DNA of 64,000 bases from an uncultured delta proteobacterium (GTDB lineage: Bacteria; Desulfobacterota; Binatia; UBA9968), in contig CAWFJP010000014.1 in assembly GCA_963816145.1 (NCBI GenBank), positions 160,001-224,000 on the forward strand. The letters run 5' to 3'. The position numbers and the translations under genes are program-made. Shown piece by piece: positions 57,919 through 64,000 of the stretch (within the stretch, counting starts at the first letter, position 1; each line of letters starts with the position of its first letter). The notes under the pieces were generated by a model. It was given only the letters and a program-made list of their open reading frames with translations. It did no database searches and was not told the origin of the DNA.

Positions 57919-60430
57919 ATGCTCTCGACGGCGGGCGGTTTTACGGCTTGCGCTTTGTCTCCGGATGGCTCGGCGCAGCGGCAGCGACCATTTGTTTCCG
58001 CGCCATCGGATGGCTTTACCAATTTTGAAACCGAACCGGTGCGCCCATTGGCGCTGTCGGCGGACGGTCGCTATCTCTACGCACTCAACACCGCTGACGA
58101 CCGCTTGGAGATCTTTGAAACGCAGGGCGACGAGCTGCGTTCAATCGGCGAAACCGGAGTCGGCCTGCGCCCGGTGGCGCTCGTCGTGCGCGGGCAACAA
58201 GTTTGGGTCGTTAACCATTTGTCCGACTCGGTGAGCGTCGTCGATGTCGGTGATCCGGCGCGCCCCCGTGTCATCCACACACTGCAAGTGGGCGACGAGC
58301 CGCGCGGCATAGTGGTTGGCGGGCCGAAGCGGGATCGCGTGTTCGTCGCCACGGCGCGGCGCGGCGAAACCCTGACCCCTGGCATTGGACGGGCACAGCT
58401 CTGGGTCTTCGACGCGGCGCGGCCGGAGGCGCCGCCGCGGATCGTGACGCTGTTCGGCGCCAAGCCGCGCGCCCTTGCGGCGTCCGCCGACGGCAGGCGT
58501 ATTTATGCCGCGGTGTTTCTTTCCGGCAACCGCACCGCTTCAGTCTCTGGCGAAGACGCCGTGCGCCTCGGCCGGGCGCGGCAAATCTATTTCGATAATA
58601 TTCCGTATGCCGCTGTGCCCAAACAGGGCGTCATTGTGAAGCGAACCGAGCGCGGTTGGCGCGACTACGACGGTCGCGACTGGAGCGCCGCGGTGGCGTT
58701 CGATTTGCCGGATTACGATGTCTTCGTCATCGATGCCGAGGTGGAGCAGCCTAGGGTCGTCCAGACCATCAGCGATGTCGGCACGGTGCTGTTCAACATG
58801 GCGGTGCAGCCCGGCACTGGCGAGATTTGGGTATCCAACACCGAGGCGTTCAATCTCATCCCGTTCGAATCCCGGCTCAACGGTCGATTCGCCGAGAATC
58901 GCATTACGCGGGTGGTCCCGGATCAGTCGAACGATTACCGGACGGTGGTGGTTGATTTGAATCCGCATATCGCGTCCGCTGCGGGACGCGCCGCTGGCGA
59001 GATCGGACTAGCGCAACCGTTGGATTTGGTTTTTCAACCCGATGGGGGCGAAGCCTACGTCGCTGCGTTCGGTTCGCGCAAGGTCGGCGTGCTCGATGGC
59101 AGCGGCACCATCATTGATCACATCAACGTTGGTTTCGGCCCCGGCGGCTTGGCCCTCGACCCAAAGCGCCGGCGGCTGTATGTGCTCAACCATCTCGCTG
59201 CGACGATCTCGATCGTTGATCCTGGCAAGCGCCGGAGCATTGGAGAAGTCGCCTTGCGCCACGATCCGACGCCCGCGACGATCAAGGAAGGACGGCGTTT
59301 TTTTTACGACGCCGCCTTGACTTCGCGCTTCGGCGATTTGTCCTGCGCCACCTGTCATGTGTTCGGAGATGTCGATGGATTGGCCTGGGACCTGGGCGAT
59401 CCCAGCGGGCCGACGTTGGATATTCCGGTCGGCTTGCGCAACACCGGGCTCTCCACGCCGCGGCAAAACCTCCACCCTCTCAAAGGTCCCATGGTGACGC
59501 AGAGTTTGCGCGGGCTTGCCGGCAACGCGCCGTATCATTGGCGCGGCGACCGTTTCGGCGATGCGGCGGCGCCGGGCGGCGACGTCGCAGGCTTCAAAGA
59601 CTTCAATCCGGCCTTTGTCGATCTGCTCGGCCGCGCCGAAGAGATTACCGATGCGGCGATGGAGGCATTCGCCCGCTATATTTTCACCATCCGTTTCCCG
59701 CCCAATCCGCTGCAGCGGCTCGATCGCTCTTTCGATGCGCAGCAACAAGCCGGCTTCGAGTTTTTTACCGGGCCGTTCCTTTCCGGCTCCGGACAACAAA
59801 ATTGCGAGAACTGTCACCAACTCCCGGCAGGCACCAATCGTTTGGTCAATTTCGAAGGGCCGCAGATCGGCCGCGATATGAAGACAGCGCAGCTGCGCAA
59901 CGTCTACGACAAAATCGGCCGCTTCAATGCCGCCGGACCGCAAGTGTCGGGCTTCGGTCTGCTGCACGACGGCACCTTCGAAAGCGTGGCGAGTTTTTTG
60001 CGCTTGGACGTGTTCTTTTTCCCCGGAAACTCCGAGACGGAGAAAGATGTGATTCGGCGCCAGCTGCATGATTACGTTATGGCATTTGATACCGGCATGG
60101 CGCCGGCGGTGGGACGGCAGCTGACCATCAACGGCGCATTGACAGGCGATGAGCGGCCGACCTTCGAACTGCTTACGAACCGAGCCGGGGCTGGCGATTG
60201 CGACCTCATCGCCCGCGGCTGGGAAGGAAAAGCTCTGCGCGGCTGGTTGTATAAAAGCGGCGCATTCCAAGGGGATCGCAGCGGCGAACCGGCGCTGGCC
60301 CCGGATGCGCTGCTCGAGCGTTTCATTAATTACGGCGAACCGTTGACGCTGACCTGCGTGCCGCCGGGGGACGGCCGGCGCAGCGCCCTCGATCGCGCCT
60401 TGGATGGAAATCTCGACGGCGACGCGAAGG
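57919..60430 (+). CDS. YVTN/YncE-type beta-propeller fused to a di-heme cytochrome c peroxidase-like domain (N-terminal part of ORF 57799-61758; both ends approximate)
   Basis: Propeller repeats (WVVNHLSDSVSVVD, VGDEP); CATCH at 59344-59358, CENCH at 59803-59817 and PYHWRGD. Confidence 0.85.
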
Positions 60431-60573
60431 CGCGCCGGCGGCGCTCGGGCGGGGCATCGCAGCTTTGTGCGGCAAGCGGAATTCAACCCATGAGATGGTC
60501 AGAACTTGACATGCCGCGGCGGAGCCGCCGGTGCAATTCGGAATCTCCCGCGCAAACACGCAAGGTCGTAAAG

Positions 60574-61758
60574 TTGTCGACTCGATTTCGAAGACTGGCG
60601 TCATGTCGAGATCGCTGCGGATTTGCCGGGCGATATTTCAATTTCAATCAATCGATCGTCGCGATGCTCACGGCGATCTCGTTGGCCGCTTGCGCCGGTC
60701 TTCCCGTGCACGGCCTGGTCGGCGGACAGAGTTTCGACACCCGAGTCGATGCCGAAGTAGCGCAGTATTATCTGGCGAGCTATCTTTCCGGCCGCCGCAC
60801 CGACCCGGTGCTCGACCAGCGAATCGCCAAACTCTACCAGAACCCTTCCGGACTGCTACCCGACCGCGCCGAGCTCAAGCGTCTGAGCGATGAATTTTCC
60901 GTCGATTTCGCCGCGGCGTATTTCGCCGACCGCGTCGCCGAGATGCCCGACAATCGGCAATTCAGACGTGTGTTCAGCGAGAACCGCCGCGCCTTTGCCC
61001 AAGGCCACTTGAAACTGCCGGCGGTTGCGGCCCAGTACGAGGTGATGTTCGTGCCGACATATCTTTATAAGAGAGTGCCGTTGATCGGCTCGGATCTCGC
61101 CGTGCCCAAAAAGGCGTTGGAGAAAGCCGGCATGGCGGTGCATTTCGTCGAGACGGTGGAAGACGGCGCCGTCGAGGCCAACGCGGAGATTGTCGCCGCC
61201 GCGATCGTGTCACGGACGTCGAGCGGGCGGCGTTTGATTCTCGTCAGCGCGAGCAAATCCGGACCCGAAGTGGCGCTCGCCTTGACGCAGCTGGGACCGG
61301 TGCGGTCGCGCCATGTCGCCGGCTGGGTCAATGTGGTCGGCGCCCTGCAAGGAACGCCGCTTGCCGACGAGAAGGCGCTGTCCGACGCGGAGAGCCTGAT
61401 CGGCGCGGTCGATCCGGCCGGCATGGAAAGTTTGACGACCGAGCGGAGCCGGCGCCGCTTTAGACGATTTCGCCTCCCCGACCACATCATGGTCGTGAAC
61501 TACTTCGGCATCCCGCTCTCGGGTGATTTGTCGTCCTGGGCTCGGGTTGGATTCAAACCCTTGTCCAGGTATGGCCCCAATGACGGCATTCTTTTGCTCC
61601 CCGATATGATTTTCCCGGGCGGCATCAGCGTTGCCGAGATCGGTTTGGATCATTTCTTATTGGATCGAAATACCGATGCGGCCACGGTCGGCCTGGTGGC
61701 GGCGATGATGCAATGGATCGGGCAGGCGCCCGGCACGTTCATGCCGGTCTCAAACTGA
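60574..61758 (+). CDS. Alpha/beta-hydrolase-like lipoprotein (C-terminal part of ORF 57799-61758; start uncertain)
   Basis: Lipobox LAAC (Cys codon 60691), SASKSG nucleophile elbow, GTP.AD, NDG and DH. Confidence 0.7.
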   Translation: MSTRFRRLASCRDRCGFAGRYFNFNQSIVAMLTAISLAACAGLPVHGLVGGQSFDTRVDAEVAQYYLASYLSGRRTDPVLDQRIAKLYQNPSGLLPDRAELKRLSDEFSVDFAAAYFADRVAEMPDNRQFRRVFSENRRAFAQGHLKLPAVAAQYEVMFVPTYLYKRVPLIGSDLAVPKKALEKAGMAVHFVETVEDGAVEANAEIVAAAIVSRTSSGRRLILVSASKSGPEVALALTQLGPVRSRHVAGWVNVVGALQGTPLADEKALSDAESLIGAVDPAGMESLTTERSRRRFRRFRLPDHIMVVNYFGIPLSGDLSSWARVGFKPLSRYGPNDGILLLPDMIFPGGISVAEIGLDHFLLDRNTDAATVGLVAAMMQWIGQAPGTFMPVSN

Positions 61759-61811
61759 TCGGCTACACACTTGCAGCTGGGATTTTCAAGATAAGGAAAG
61801 CGAAGCGCGCG

Positions 61812-63346
61812 ATGAAGGAAATTCGTTTTGTCGATACGACGGTCCGCGATGGCTCCTTGAGTTTGTGGGCGTTGGGCATGCGCACCGGCGCCATGCTGGC
61901 GATCGCCGAGCAGATGGACCGCTGTGGTTTTGAGTCCATGGAGTTCTTCGGTTTCGCCGGCTACATCAAGTACGTCAAGGAGCATAAGGAAAATCCCTGG
62001 ACCTGGATGGGCGAGGGCGCCAAGAAATTCCGCCGCACGCGCCTGCGCTACCATGGCGGGCTGGCGTCGGGTTTCGAGAAAATCCCGCGTTCGGTGCGCC
62101 TATTGATGATCGAGCGGGTGGTGGCCCATGGCATCACGCTGACGCGTTCGTCCGATCCGTGGAACGATTACGATGCCGCCGCGCTAGAGATTGCCGCGCT
62201 GCAAAAGCTCGGCATGGAGGTGATCATCAACATCATCTATTCCGTGTCGCCGCGCCATACCGATGAATACTTCGCGACCCGGGCGCGCCAGGCGGCTGCG
62301 ATCATGCCGTATCGGATTTGTTTCAAGGACGTTGCCGGGCTGCTGACCCCGGATCGAACACGGACGTTGATTCCGCTGATCAAGCAAAATATCGGCGCCA
62401 TTCCGCTGGAATTTCACGCCCACTGCAACAACGGCATGGCGCCGTTCAATTATCTCGAGGCGATGAAGCTCGGCGTCGACACCTTTCACACCGGCGTGCC
62501 GCCGCTGGCCAACGGTTCCGGCCAGCCATCGATTTTCAACGTGGCGCGCAATGCTCAAGCGCTCGGGTTCAAACCGCAAATCGACTTGGAAGCGGTCAAG
62601 CCGGTGGAAAGACATTTCACGACCATCGCCAAGCTCGAAGGCCACCCAGTGGGCGCGCAGCGCGAGTACGATCATGCGCAGTATTTGCATCAAGTGCCCG
62701 GCGGCATGATCTCCAATCTGCGCTTTCAGTTGACCAAGTTGGGCATGGCGAACCGGATCGAGGAAACGCTCGAGGAATGCGGCAGGGTGCGCGCCGAGTT
62801 CGGCTATCCGATCATGGTGACGCCGCTGGCGCAGTTCGTCGGCAGCCAGGCGGCGATCAACGTGATCACCGGCGAGCGCTACAAAGAGGTCACCGACCAG
62901 GCGATTCAATACGCGCTGGGCTACTGGGGCAAGGAAGCGCCGACGGTGATGGACGCCAGCGTCAAGGACAAGATTCTCAGCCGGCCGCGCGCCAAAGAGT
63001 GGGCTAACTGGTCCGTGCCGGACTTGTCGCTGGCAGAAGTGCGGCGCAAAATCGGCGGCTGAACGTTTCCGACGAGGAATTAGTCCTGCGCGTCATCGCC
63101 GGCGACCCCGCCGTCGATGCCATGCTCGCCGCCGGCGCACCGCAGGAATATCTGAGCGCGACGCAACCGCTGGTCCAGCTCATCGGTGAGCTCGTCAAGC
63201 GCAAAGACTGCAGCCAGGTGTTCATTGAGAAGAAAGGTTTGAAGTTGCGGCTGGAGAGGAGTCGGCCGGTGCCGGCCGTTGAAGAGTCCGTCCGCGCCAC
63301 CATTGAACAGTTTGCTCCAACAGCAGGGCCAATGGCAGACCGCTGA
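61812..63346 (+). pseudogene. Pyruvate/oxaloacetate carboxyltransferase-like (PycB/OadA CT domain) gene with a frameshift at ~63059
   Basis: DTTVRDG, KDVAG, HAH, HQVPGGMISN and MVTP; continues as NVSDEELVLR in the frame of ORF 63122-63346. Confidence 0.82.
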
Positions 63347-64000
63347 GGATAATTACCGGGAACAGAAAACGATTGCCGTAGTGGCTAGTGTCCCAGAAGC
63401 GATACGCGGCGAAAAAGCCGTAAAGTAACAAAATGGATGCGCCGAGAGCGGCGCCAAGACGCCACCGTATCCGCACCAAGTAGACAAGTCCCACCAGCGA
63501 CGGCACGGTAATCGGACTTGTCCAGAGCAAGCCATGCCGACGGTCCAGTAGTTGCCCGACCAGACCACGTGGAAAGATCGCCGCCGAGAAGTCGCCGCGG
63601 TGGGTCGCTACATGCCATGCGCCTGCCTCGAAGATGGCGATGCGGTCGTAGGAAGTCACCAGCGGATGGCCAAACATTGCGCTGTTATACCCCAGCAAGA
63701 GCGCGACCGGACCGGCGAATCCAACGCCGAAATAGACCCAGCGCAAGGGTTTCGCTGGCAGCAGAAACATCAATGCCGGCAGCACTACGAGGTAGGGAAA
63801 TTTGGCAACGCAAGCGATGCCGAATGAAACGCCGGCTAAAAGCAGCCCGATCCGGCGATCGCTACGGCGATCGAGGCAGATAAAAGCGCCCAGCAGGAAC
63901 GCGGTGGCAAGAATGTCTTGGGAATAATTGTAAACATAGTGCGGCGCGAACGACGCCACGCCGACGAGAAATGTCGCCACGGAAGCGGCACCCGGCGAGC
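63222..64000 (-). CDS. Polytopic membrane glycosyltransferase-like protein (GT-C/ArnT-like; 5' end outside window)
   Basis: Many TM helices, YN..MFG.P, GL..SP and YG.RFL.P motifs. Confidence 0.7.
   Translation of the reverse strand, partial: SPGAASVATFLVGVASFAPHYVYNYSQDILATAFLLGAFICLDRRSDRRIGLLLAGVSFGIACVAKFPYLVVLPALMFLLPAKPLRWVYFGVGFAGPVALLLGYNSAMFGHPLVTSYDRIAIFEAGAWHVATHRGDFSAAIFPRGLVGQLLDRRHGLLWTSPITVPSLVGLVYLVRIRWRLGAALGASILLLYGFFAAYRFWDTSHYGNRFLFPVIILSGLPLALLLEQTVQWWRGRTLQRPAPADSSPAATSNLSSQ

Noticed and set aside
63060-63062. TGA ending the carboxyltransferase ORF as a third Sec codon
   Set aside because: Read-through hits TAG within six codons. The homologous continuation (NVSDEELVLR) is in another frame, so this is a frameshift.
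1-64000. tRNA (including tRNA-Sec), rRNA, sel genes, integrase or transposase
   Set aside because: None recognised in the window; the Sec machinery and IntI would have to be elsewhere in the genome.

Overview
This is a GC-rich bacterial chromosomal window. The many orphan NMT1/SsuA-type binding proteins and the intergenic repeat style suggest Candidatus Binatia/Binatota, but that is inference. Most of it is transport and catabolism: a TctABC transporter, two MFS pumps, ten stand-alone substrate-binding proteins, ComDE-like decarboxylase subunits, three OphC-like proteins, two class II aldolases and two heme-oxygenase-like diiron proteins. The ORF track hides two main results. (1) A co-oriented redox cluster at 40416-46719 holds two tandem selenoprotein genes that the ORF caller split at in-frame TGA codons: an AhpD-like CxxU protein and a GrdB/PrdB-like UxxC protein, each followed by a SECIS-like hairpin. 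They lie next to an IspH-fold Fe-S protein that has lost its HMBPP-binding motifs, a ferredoxin with a Cys-to-Asp ligand change, an ornithine-cyclodeaminase-family enzyme, a cytoplasmic reductive-dehalogenase/QueG-like protein and a Cys-type GST. (2) Directly downstream (about 46888-50376) is a four-cassette integron-type array with attC sites but no integrase in the window, carrying a subclass B3 metallo-beta-lactamase and a MazF-type toxin-antitoxin pair. Also present are several families of short-period palindromic intergenic repeats, an apparent fusion ORF that reads through one of them, and three frameshifted genes.
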